Below, one piece after another: positions 12,648-24,600 of a stretch of 64,000 nucleotides of DNA. Origin of the DNA: Raillietiella orientalis. Lineage: Eukaryota. Positions within the stretch are counted from its first letter, which is position 1; the number at the start of each line of letters is the position of its first letter. The notes under the pieces were generated by a model that was not told where the DNA came from, made no database searches, and saw only the letters and a list, made by a program, of their open reading frames with translations. Position numbers and translations under genes: made by a program. Location of the stretch: assembly GCA_036172245.1 (NCBI GenBank), contig JAYWIR010000014.1, forward strand, positions 1,550,001-1,614,000, in the 5' to 3' direction.

Positions 12648-15600
12648 GTAAGTATTGCATCCTTCCATCTGGACCTTGGGCAAAAAACCTCTCCCAACCA
12701 CCCCTGATTTGGTTCCGACCGCTGCGTGTCCGGCACTGCGGAGAGCAGCCACCAACCCCATGCTCCTGCCATTCCATTGGATCGCTGGCTAGAAGGGACT
12801 GCCGCCTAGGACGACGGCGAAGAGGTGTTGGTAGGCAGCCGCCTCCACCAGGAAGGGGTGGGGCTTCTCCCTGGCTGTGGCCGGACCGCGAGCGCACACA
12901 TTCCGTCAGAATATTCCCTAAATGGGTGGGGAAAGCCTTCCCGATCCTGTTCTGGGCCTTCCAGTCTTCTCCGTCGAGCAGATTTGGGAGGGGGGGGGCA
13001 GTGGACGGAGGAGGGAAAGATCTTGTGAATCCTCTGCTCGGCTCAGGGACCGGATCTTGCCCCACAACGTGACCCCAAAGTGCACCGCTTCTCCTCCCCC
13101 CTCCTTTCTGGATGTGTTCCCGGGAGCTGCATCCAGGGAAAAGCGCGTCGATACGCTACAGTGCTTCCCTCTCCTCCTCCCCCTTCAGGGAAAACATTCG
13201 TTCGGGTTTCTCGGCGACGCGGTCGCGAGGCGGCGTTGACGGCGCGCGCGAGCGCGCCCGCATTCACTTGCAAGGAGCAACAAAGGTGAACGAAGGTCAT
13301 CCCGAGTTCTCGGTCTGGAATCGACGGCATCCTGCCGTAGACCACTTCGCTCATCAAGACTCCGAGGGTCCCGCCTGCACGCGCACATCTGCTCTGGGAT
13401 CGCCCCTCCCCCCTCTCCCCTCTTCCCCGCCGTTGAGGAGTGCACGGATCTCCCACGATCCGTTCGGGCCAGCGCCAGTGGCGCCGCGGTGGAGGGGAGG
13501 CGAGGGAACCGAGGGGACATCCGGGCGTGGATCTGGCGGGGACCCCTGCTCTGGAGATGTTTGGTCCCGGACAGGCGAGGTGCCTGGGACCATCACATTC
13601 GCCCGCACGGTGCGTCGAGACCCGCAAGGCGAAGCGTCTGCTTGCGCGTCCCGGCCGCGGGTTTCCCAGCAACGGCAGTTCCCTCTTTGCTTAGATCGAT
13701 CGGTTCGGGAAGAGCGGTTGGCGGGGAAGAGAGGTCACGTCAAGAGAGCGCGCGGGCGCAGTGCACATGAGAGCTTCTCTGGACGCGGTCCTGACGCACG
13801 CGCGGATGCGCGGGCAGTGACGTCAACGGTCGAGGTTTGCGGCGGCGGCCGCGGGCTGTCGCCACTGGGAGTCTAGGCCGGCGTTGAGCAGGAAGGAAAG
13901 CGCCGAGTCGATACAGTCGGGATGGGAACTTCGCGCGCGGATAGGACGTCATAGCTCCCTCCTCCTCCTGCTCCTCCCGCCTAGCTGCCTGCGCTTCCCC
14001 GCACCTCCAGACGGAGGCGCGATAAGTCGAACCCCGTCGCGCGTACTCTCGAAACGCGGCGGTTGCCTGATGACGCGCGGCGGGCGACGAGGCGGAGGAA
14101 TCGATCTGCGAGGAGTGGGTGAAGGAGGAGAGGGACGGGGAGAGGAAGAGGAGGGAGGGGGGCAGGGAAGAGGCAACTCCCGCACTGTCGCTAGCTCCAC
14201 ATCTCTTTGTAAGAGCGCCGCGCTCTTCTCGAGGCAGGCGGCACTCCAACCCCCGTCTGCCCTCCTAGGGGGATGAGCGGCCCTCTGCCCTCTCGGCAGG
14301 CAGGGGAGGGAGCACCCTCGCAGGCGCGCTTGCAGCGCGTGCCGCAAGCCATCTGTGAATTCCCTGCTGCCGTTCTTTCGGGTTTGATGTCGGCTCTGCG
14401 CGGATGCTGGTTGACCGAGGAGGAGGAGGGGAAGGGGGAAGGAAAGCAGAGGAATGAGCGGCCTTGTCTCCGTGGCTGATCTGAAGCGGGCACCATCTAG
14501 AGGCAGGAAGCTGCAAAAAAAAAATACCTCTCCTTCTTGTCCGCTTCCCCCGCACGGAAGGGAAGCTGACCCTGGAGCTTTTGTTGTTCGAGTCCACTCC
14601 TCAACGCGTGGCCCAGCCGGGGAGCGGTGGCCTCTCGTTCGCCTGCATCTTTCCGAGTCGAACAGTGGTCCTCCGGATGCGTCCTCCGGAAGCGGCGCTG
14701 AAAGGCGGACCTTCCAGGTCGCTTCCCCGTCGCTGCGGATATGCCCTGGAGTGCGCCCGCATGTAGCCGACACCGACGCTCCTCCACCGAGTTTCCATGG
14801 GGATCGGATGGGTTCACCCGGCTGAGCCGGGAGCGAAAGCCAGAGCGGTGCTTTCCGAAGAGTGAGGCCGCCTTCCTCGCGTGTACAAAGCTCCCGCGAG
14901 CCGGTTGAGCTGCAGGCGGGGTCGATCGCTCAGAGCTGCCGTGCTTCGCGGAGGAGGGATGCTGCAGCATCTACGCAGGGCAGTTTCGAAATGTTTGACG
15001 CGCATCATCTTGCAGGGAGAGCCGCTGAATGCCAATGAACGGAGGGGCTGGAACTGATCTTTCCAGCTCGGGAGAGAGAGAGAGAAAAAAAGGCAATTCT
15101 TCCATTGGGAGGAATCGTAACCCTAGGGAGTGATCTCTTAACTCGAGTTACCGTGCAAATCGCGCCTGAGAGCACCCCTTAGGAAACATCCGGAACAAAG
15201 TTGAGTCTGACCTCGGATGGTGCAAAAAGAGAGAGGCTCTTTCGGCTCCATCTATCCTCCTCGCTACTGCTTCTTGCATTCTTTAACTGATTCCTGTCCC
15301 CCACCCCACCCCGGCTCACGGCTGTCTTTGGAAAACCGGACGTGAGCCATGGTGGCAAAGCAGTGGTGGAAGTCTGCCATCCCGCATCCAGCTGCATCCT
15401 GCCCTTCGAGATCGATAAACCGCATGACCGGTTCGGGAGCGTTTTGTTTAGAAGAGAATATCTTCTGGACCTCGAGTGGTTTTCTTGGGATTCCTCGTCT
15501 TGGACAAAGTATCCCTCTCGGAAGGATTTGAAGTGCTCGTTGGGAAGCTTCTGCATACTGATGGGAGGAAGCTGGAGGGGGTGGGAGCGCAGTGACCCCG

Positions 15601-18600
15601 TGCAATAGCAAGAAGAAGCATTGCCACGTGCCCAAGAAGATCTCTCCCTCTGAGTTTTGGCTTCTCGCACACATGACATCTCAGAGCCTCCTAGCGGATC
15701 CTCGAGGCATCGTATCTCATGGTACCACCGAAGAGCCTTCAGTTCTTTCCGCTTTTGTCTTACTTCTTCAAGGGACAGCTACTGCAAGGTCTCGGTCCTC
15801 GCCTAGGCATCTATGCAAATACTACTCTTCATATCACCGGACATATGACGCAGCTGCAGCCGCAGAAGAGAGTCAGTCGATCATTTATTTCTTCAACTCC
15901 ACCTTGCAGAACGTGCGCTCTCCGGAAAAGACCGGAAGGAAAGGTGACAGCAAACGATGCAACCGGTTTGGTGGTCTCGGGATCGTTCCCTTCAACTGGA
16001 CGGAACTGGACGGATGGACCAAGCTCGTCTACTCGGGCATCTCTTCACGTCTAGGGACAAGCCAGAGAAACACAGGAGACCAGAATCCGCCGGGTTTTCC
16101 CCAAGATCCAAGTCAGGAATTGAAGAAGAGATCAGGGTGCTGCTCCTTCTCGCAGAACAAAGGAAAGAAAAACCAGAATATCCACACGCATCTCAGCAGC
16201 TTCGTCGTGAACACCAACCAATAGGGAACAGCCCGAACCACTCCCTGAAAAGGTGCTCGCGCTCTCCAAAGTAATCTATGCATGCTGCAACCCCCTCACT
16301 GCATCCCATTGACCACTTTCTCGGCAAAGGCAACATCGAAGAAGGATGCACCCGACTCAGACAGGGCTCGGGAAGCGCTCAGGACCAAGTTGCTGTGCTT
16401 CCTAACCCGTCATGCCCACGGACGTCACATCCTCGTGCGAACGCACATCCCAGAGGCAGGAAAACAGAAACGCTAAAGGATGCGCGGCACGCTGCATCTG
16501 CTAGAAAATTTCCAAAATTCTTCGCGGGAATTTGCATCAGGCTTTGTTTCTGAAACCAATTTCTTCTTCTTCTTCTCTTCGAGTAATAATTTCTGGATTT
16601 TCGTCAAGAACCAGCCAGAGTGGGAAATATTTTGATTTTATGGAAAATTAACTGTTGGAAAAACATGGTGCAGATACACGGGTGGCCCATGATATACGGA
16701 GCACCTTCAGGATCATAATAGTAGCGTCGCAGGATGCAAGAAGAGCATTATGGAGAAATGCGTGCCATAAGTCGTTACGGCGCGCCAAACAATCTCATAA
16801 CTGTAGCAGCGTCAGACCGCATTACCACATCGATCACTTGATAGTGGTCATGTCTCGAGGCGGGTCTGCTTTGGACAGATTTGCATACACAGTTTCGATC
16901 TGCAGGGAGAGAGGGCTATTCGCCTCGCAAAAAGGCACCGAAAGTGATCCTGACAACACTGGAAGTTTCCGCTTCAGAAGTTCCCACTTCTAATGGAAGC
17001 ATGGCCGGCGGAAGGATGTTTGCTCACCGGTCTTCTTGCTCGGAGTGGCTCATTTCCCGGGTGTTGCTGGTGCCGCGAGACACCAAGAACAGAAAGGCGG
17101 AGGTGTTTCCTCCTCCCTCCTGGAACTGAAGGCCGTCCCTACTTTTTTCGCGTGGCCAGGGTACTTGTGTTTGCTCTGCCAAGGTTTAGAAAAATGCACG
17201 ACGAAGGGCGCGCACTTGTTCCCTATTCCTCTTTTCTGCTGGAAAACCCCTGGACCCATCTCGAACACTCCACGAGTACGTCATTGTGCTCGTGGAGTCG
17301 TCACGCTCCCGGAAGTTGCCGACGGGACCGTCATCCATTCCTGTATCTGCTGCGCCGCAGTCGCGCGGTTTCCATCACACACGCGTAAGCCTCTCTTGGA
17401 TCTTCCGATCCCGCTCAACAAATCTCGGCCGCCTTGCCTACTCGTGCATACTCCGGAGATAAGTACTGCTCCTTGCAGTTCTTGCACTCACGGAGGAGCT
17501 GGGAGCATCCGTTCTTGCCTCTTCCCACACAGAGAACTTTCATTTAAGCCATCGGGTTTCATCAATAATCAAGTTTCATTGGTACTTGGTCGCCATTGGT
17601 TCGAAATCTGGAAGCGGTGGAGTCTGCTTCTCCCGCAGGATGCGAATTCCACTTCTGTCGCTCTGAGCCTTTGGATACTGTCAATAAGCGTCCAAAGAAC
17701 TCATCTGGGTAATATATATTTTTTTTACTCCTGTTTCAAAGATACAAAGATTCTCTCCCATCTTCAGCGGGAGTTCGGAACGGCTATCGCTAAACATCTC
17801 TCCATCCCTGCTGCTCCTTTTCATCTCAATTCCTAATTCCTTTGGCGCCCTCGTGCTTGAGGAGGCATTGCACTTCCCGGCTGCTTCGGGAGACCCTCCT
17901 TCACCCTTGTGGCATCGCGGCGAACCTGCCCTTTCGTTCGGCTCTCCTCACGGGCCGCGCAAACGTTGGAAACCGTTCCTGTTTCCCTCGACAGCTTGTT
18001 TCTTTTCCGACGAAACTGCAACGCTTGATGAGCTTTAACGATGCAGCCAGCTGGTGAACCGGACCTTCGGAGCTTTCCAGGGCCTCATCTCCGCGCCTTT
18101 GCAGACCACCGTCCTCTGCCAGACTTACAATCGATGGATCGCTGATTTATTCTTTCGCGGGACTCGTTCTCGCTCTCCGGGGCACTCGAAAACGACGTCT
18201 GACCTGCTGATGCGACCTGGGCCTTGATTTCTTCCTTGAGTTGCATCTCTCCGTGCTCCTCAGGTGACGAGTTTCCGCTCCATCCTGCAGTTTCAAGAGA
18301 ACCTTGCCTTCCCTCCTCCCCTTCCCATCCGATGTCGTCTCGCTGCTGCCTCGCCGGTCCGGAGCATGCCTGGAAAGCTTCCTTTTCTGGTGCTTCGAGC
18401 AGACTGCTTTCCTGCCGTCGACAGAAGGCATAGAGATTTCCAGCATCCAGGATCTCTGAACAGCCGTTTGCATTCCGAGTCTTCCGCTCCCTTGGCAGCG
18501 CCGTGAGACACAACTGGCAGACTCGTTGGATTTCTCCTTGGAGATTTTTGGACCACTTTCCAAATTCTCGCTGACGAAAGCCCCGCTTCCCCCCTCTCGC

Positions 18601-21600
18601 GTAGTGAAAGAACCTTAGAGTAGATCTCATCTCCTCTTCCACATCTTCCTCTCGGAGGATTAAGGCGGCACGAGAAACGGTGGCTCGAGCTCGAAGCGGG
18701 TAGCTTCCCTGGTGGCACAACGGAAAGGAAGGCACCTCAAACCATCTGCTTTCGCATCCGCGCTCCTTTCTTATTCCTCACACAGTGGCTTGGGCCACGC
18801 TTTTGCCGCATGCCAAGGAGTCGTGCGGAAGATCCGTGCGACCTCCTTACCGCGGAAAAATGACGAGGGTATGCTGCCAAAGACGCAACGAGATGATTTG
18901 CTCCACGAAGAGAACTAAAACAGCTGCTCGCTTCGGATTTCTGGGAACTCGAGGGAGGAAAGGCATGGGGATTTCTCTTTTCCTTCTGCTACCCTCCTGA
19001 AGCTACGACTCTGCCCTCCCAGACCACCATCTGAGCGCGGGAAAATTCCAACGTGCGAAAAACTCAAGAGAACGGAAAAAGGCACAGCCGACCTAAAATG
19101 GCGAGTCTCTTCACGACCCACACGTTCTCCCAACTCCACAGTTCGGATGACAAGGAGAGATAGGGGCTTCCCGCGTTCAAATAAACTCGCGCTGCGCGTC
19201 ATGGAGTTCACTGGAGACAAAACTCTCCCCAAGAATCTTCGACCTCCCAGCTTTTTGAAAATGGACTCCCATAAGCAGACTCTGCAAGAGAGTGGCCGGT
19301 CCAAATGAGGCTTCTATCTCCGCCCGCTTTCTGCTCCTCTTCATGGCATTCGAGGTCGAGATCGCTTCTCAAACCGGAAGGTGCAAGATGAGACCGCTCG
19401 ATAAGAGTGTGTTACCTATGAAACTCCTCCAGTTTCCGCTTTCGACGAAGAATCCTGTACGCAGCTCCGACTTCCCCGTGTTTTGAACACAGTGCACATC
19501 TTCCCGTGGAGACGATGAAAGCTCCATTACGGGTAACGAGCCAAACTTCTGCCTGCCGAATCAAGCTTTAAGATGTTCCCATGGAAACGAAGGAGATTAA
19601 AGAAGCAACAGGGAAAGCAGGAGGAACAATGAAGGTCGACTTCTCACTCTACCTCACTTTCCCCCCGAAACTGCATGGCGCTCGTTCGCTTGCTCAAGAG
19701 AATTTCCTGATGCAGCTCTCACCAAAAGGGGTGAATTCTTTCCGAAGCCGTCGGAAAACTCCTTGATTCTTCTAACTGGTCGATCTAGGAGAGGGAGAAC
19801 GCGAGAAATCACTTGAAGAAGGGAGGATGCTGACCCATCACCCTGACTCGTCTGCAACGCAAAATCCTCCTAGCCAAAAAAGGGAAAGAGGAAGGAGAGT
19901 CCTGTACCTGCAAAGACTGGCTCCCCGGGGATTAGGGAAGCAGGAAGATCGTCTCATGAGGATCTCTTCTCTTTCCTTTTTTCACTTCCCTTCGCCTTCC
20001 CCCACCTTCCAAAAAGCGAGGTTCCCTCCGGGCGATAATTTTGTCCAGAGCTTGCTTCTGAAAGTCCTAGGAAGAATGCATCCCGCCTTTTTCATTGGAC
20101 GTTCCTAGAGCGTCTTCTCTGGTGTTTTCGTGCTCTTCTTGAAGAATGGAAAGAAGAGCAAGGAGTCCTCCTGCAGTGCTCGCTATCATGGCCTCTGACC
20201 CCTGTCCTCTCTTGAAGGCGGGGAGGAGAGGTCAACCAAGGTGAACGACCTTGGTTGAAAGCCTTCAGAGCCAAAAACGACTCTTTTTTTTTTTTTTTTC
20301 TTGTGGAGGCCAAAGGGATGCATCTGAATTTCCGTGAGAGAACCCTTCCGACCCTTCCGGACGAGGTGTCCATCCACGGAAAGCCTTTTCTGTTCCCCAT
20401 CGCGCCTCCGGGTTGAAATCCCTCCAGGCAACCTTACGAGTGGGAACTGATCCCATAAACAAGTGGAGGGTTCCCTCAGGAAAAGAATTCTACATCCGAG
20501 GATTCCTTTCCGCCCCTTCTAGACTCCTCCTTCGTCCGAGGAACGAGGATCGGGATCAGATGGAGGAAGTTTGGGAGACACGTGACTTCTCTACTCTCCA
20601 CAAGCGAGGCCTCGTTGCGCCGCCTTTTAGTCTCTTCCAGAAGGGAACTCGCGTCTCTCTTAATCTCAGTCCTCGCAGGGGCAGTCGGATGACTGCTTCC
20701 TTTGGTAGAGCCGTGGACAATGGTGCTCCCCTGAATTCCCAGTGCCTCTCATAGCGTGCCAAAGTTCCCTCTCGTCTCGGTAGCTAATCCAATGACCGGC
20801 TGGCTCCCAGCAGGCAATACCCTGCCCGTCGGGTCAAGTACAGGTACCTTCGCTGCCCCTTTCCCAGGATGATGATGGTGGCGCTCTTGTGCTACCGGAT
20901 GGCACGAAAACCCCTATGGAAGATTTCCAACCTCCACCCTCTTCGCTCCCCTTTCTCAGAAACAGGAGAGTCCGCTAGTTTCATTCTTCACTCCTTTTCT
21001 GGAGGACGCGCATCCTGGAAAAGGGAGGTGTGCTGTCTAGGGAACCCATGACGAGGATGGGCAGGGGAGCTATAGGGTGCGTATGATCGGAGGTTCCCAC
21101 TTCCATCGTTCGGGTGCGGCACGTTGTCAGCGGGCATCGAGGAGCAGGAACGCATCTCCTCGAGCTTCATGCAAAGGGGAAGTCCAGATTCTTCTTCTGG
21201 ATCTCCTGTCATCCCCTCACTCTCCCTTACCCCCATCCCCTTTGAAGGAAGTCCTGGAGCGCGAACTGGCAGCGGCGTGGACAAAGAGCTGCAGGAGGCT
21301 GCCGGTCGATTCAGAGATCCTGAGGACGGACGGAGACACGTCATCCCCGAGAAACTCGCCGCCTTACCAAGCGTCCAGGGTCAGAAGAAAGACTTCCAAG
21401 GAACCAGCGAACACTTCAGCGGACCAGTAGAGGATGAGGGACGTTGATGAGTTATCCGACCAGGACTCGTGAGCAGAGGGCGAGTCTCGTCGCGTGCTCC
21501 ATCAGAAAACTGGAAGTGGGAAAGGGAAGAGGACGATGAAGAAGTTTTCCCTCGAAGAAGGGAAAACTTCTTCAGCGCTCCTACTGGTTTTCCCTCCTCG

Positions 21601-24600
21601 ACTTACTCTGTTTTGCCTCTCGGACAATCAGCGCTTCCGTTCCCGACGCCTCCGATCAGAGGAGTTGAGAGGCATCCGGAAAAAAGACCCGTTTCGGAGA
21701 CTCAACAACGCCCTTCTCAGGGATCTTGAGCCCTGCCACTCCTGTTTGAGCCCTGTTGCCCCCAACCAGCTTCCGGCTGTTAACAGATTATTCAAGCGCA
21801 CTGGTTGCCTGGACGACGCAAGGGAAACTTTCCTTGTGCCGCGAGTTGAGATCTCAAAGCAGCCACGAGCAACCACGCGCGACCCCTTGTCGAAGAGACA
21901 ATCAGCAGAAGCTGACAAAGTGCGAACGGGGGTGACTCCCTGTCCCAACGCACGGAACCCTGCTTTCGGCGTGTCTCTTTAACTCAGTCAGGGGCACACG
22001 AGATGGGCGCGCGCGTGAACCGTACCAAGGTGTCCCTTCGATCGTCACGTGACCCAGAAGCACGGAACTCACGAGTCGAAGGGAAAAAACAAAACAAAAC
22101 AAAAAAAAATGAAACACTTCCCGAAAGCGCTCCTACTGGTTTCTCAGCAGAAATCGGCGGGTCCAACCAGCGCTGCGACCGCTTGCTGCTACATGGGGTC
22201 TTGACGGGAGCGTTTTGTCGCATCAGCGGCTCCGATAAACAGGGTGTCCCGAAAACAGGTATGCGCACTTTGATCATTAACGAAAAGTGGCGAGACAAAA
22301 AACAAAAGGAAAAGCAGCAACAAAAACTAAAAACAAATGCAAAAAAAAAAAAAGACGTCTATGGCGGTGGAGAGGTCTGTTCGCCTCGCGAGCGCTAGAT
22401 GGTGCTGAGGCTCTGCGCCCTGGTATCGCTCAGAGCCTCAGCGTCCTGATCAACGGGTGCCCGTTAGCGAGGCGAGTTCCCGTTGATCCAAGAGGAAGGA
22501 ACAGGCCTCTAACATCGGCGTGGATTGTAGAGATCTGATGGAGAAATTCAGGGACGTGAAAGAGGCAGGAATACCGCTGTGGGGGAAGTCCAGCGCAGGC
22601 GGAGCCAACCACGCCAAGGTTGCGCGGTGAGTTTTTGGCTCGGGACGTCTCGGAAGACTCCGCGGGCATTCCCCACACCTACTGATGGAAACAGCGGTGA
22701 GACGCGTTCCCTTGCTCACCGAAAAAGGGACAGCCGTCTAGCGAGGCTGGGATCTACGAGAACCGGTGTGCACCGGTCGTGCAGGCTCCCTTCCGGGAAC
22801 TCCGTGTTGCTAGCGTCGCCTTCTTCAAGGATCCATGTCGTGCTAGACTGGGTTTAATGGGCCGCACGGAACGCGTCGAAAAAATGAATATTCCGACAAT
22901 TCCATTGTGAGATCCGACGAAAACGGCTTCCCATCGAAGAGGAGCAGTCGAACCTGGCAGCTGCTCGTGCCCGGCGTCCTTCGAAGGTCTCGTGCGATCG
23001 GAGAAAGAAGGTGTGGATCCACGTGGAGTAGCAGTGTCGTATACGGTTTTCTTTCCAAGGATGCGTGAGGTCCGAACCAACGTTCTGCAGATTCGACCCT
23101 TTGGGTCCTCGCGAACTTTGCGCATGGACGTACGGAGTTGTACAGAGACCGTTCTCATTTCGATGGGAGGTATCCTGAGGGGGAAGAAGTGCCTTCGTGC
23201 AGGTGGAAACGTGCCCTGGCGTGTGACAAGATTCCTTCTCGCTGGACGAGAATCTCGAGTAAGGCAGGAATCTGCAGCAGCAAGGCCTCAAAAACAGACA
23301 AGAGAAGATGCGACGATCAGTTGAGGACGGTATTTGTACCGATGCTGTACAGTATCACCATACAGCAGCAGCCACCATTCGATAAAGATCAATCTGGATT
23401 CGCTTCCTTATCTACTTATTGACACAAAGTCTCCGCAAAAAAAAAGAAGAAGAAGAATATTCCCTTCGGTTGGAACGTGTCGTCACACGTTCGGCGATTC
23501 CTGCACTTCTCGAATTGTGGTCGTTGGGAACTCTGCTCCGAAGCCGACGACCTTGCGTTCTGCCTACGGACTAGCAGCTCTTCGAAGTCCGCCGGCCCAG
23601 GCCAGCAAAGGGAAGATTATCAAGCAGAGCAGCGTAGTCTTTCTTCCTCCCAGAATCAATCGTGCGCATCCAGAAACCGTTCTCCAGCACAGAGGAGATT
23701 TTGGCCACTTTTTCTCGTCTGCTGCGCCCTTGAATCCTTCCTGCAGTATAACGAAAGAAAGGCGCACGGATCAGGAGCCGTGTGGGCGCTATCTAGATAG
23801 ATTCGTTGAAAGTCATTGTCAGGTTATCTCTCTGTCTTTTGCGGAAAGCAATTCGCTTCCGTCGGCACGCAAAATACCGAACACCTACGTGGTACTTTTG
23901 TTCCTTGGATTCTCGTGCCACTGTCCACGTCCCGATTCGCAAAAAAAAACAAAAAAGAAAAAAGGGGGGAAGGGAGAAGGAGGAGAGAAAAAAAGCGTAT
24001 CCACAGCCTCATCACCGTGTTTCAAGCCAGACGAAGTTCACCTGGTGGAGTTCACCTGGTGGCTAAGCGATGAAAGTCGGAAGCGCGAATGGCATCGTTT
24101 TCTTCCTCTTTTTTCTTCGTCCTCTCATTTGTTCTCTACGCGAAGAGGAAAACGAACACGCATCAAAAGGCTTTCTCGTTTGGGAAGAACCAACGCTCGG
24201 AACTAGGTTTACTCCTTTTTTTTTTTATGTCGCATCTGTCAGCTGACGACCAACACGGAAACACACGAGGTGCCCGTCGGTGGGCACCGTTGTGCTTTTC
24301 AAGCCAAGAACCCGTTCTTTCACTGCTGTGCCAGCGAACCTGAAAAGGGATTTCCGCTCGGATGTTCCGTCTCTCCAGACGACTGGAAATGTTTCCCCCG
24401 GTTGGAGTTCGTTACCTGACAACGGGAGGGGAAGGGGGGGGGGAGAATCTCGATCGATACCCGGTAGTTTTTGCAAACCGAGGGAGCATTGGCAACTGCG
24501 AATGTGGGTCTCAATTTGGAAGACGTGACCTACTGGAGACCGAGGAGGCCGAATCTTTGTATCCGCGCCAGAGAGTTACCCATCGGCCACCAACCATTCC

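Noticed and set aside
22531..22626. Phase 2/2 open segment ending in GTGAGT inside the 12-kb intron (DLMEKFRDVKEAGIPLWG...)
   Set aside because: Weak acceptor, no homology, and inclusion would interrupt the domain.
482..24062. Scattered two-copy 10-14 bp tandem duplications (e.g. ~482-508, ~8659-8685, ~15994-16013, ~24035-24062)
   Set aside because: Ordinary slippage products with no spacers or shared unit. Not CRISPR-like.
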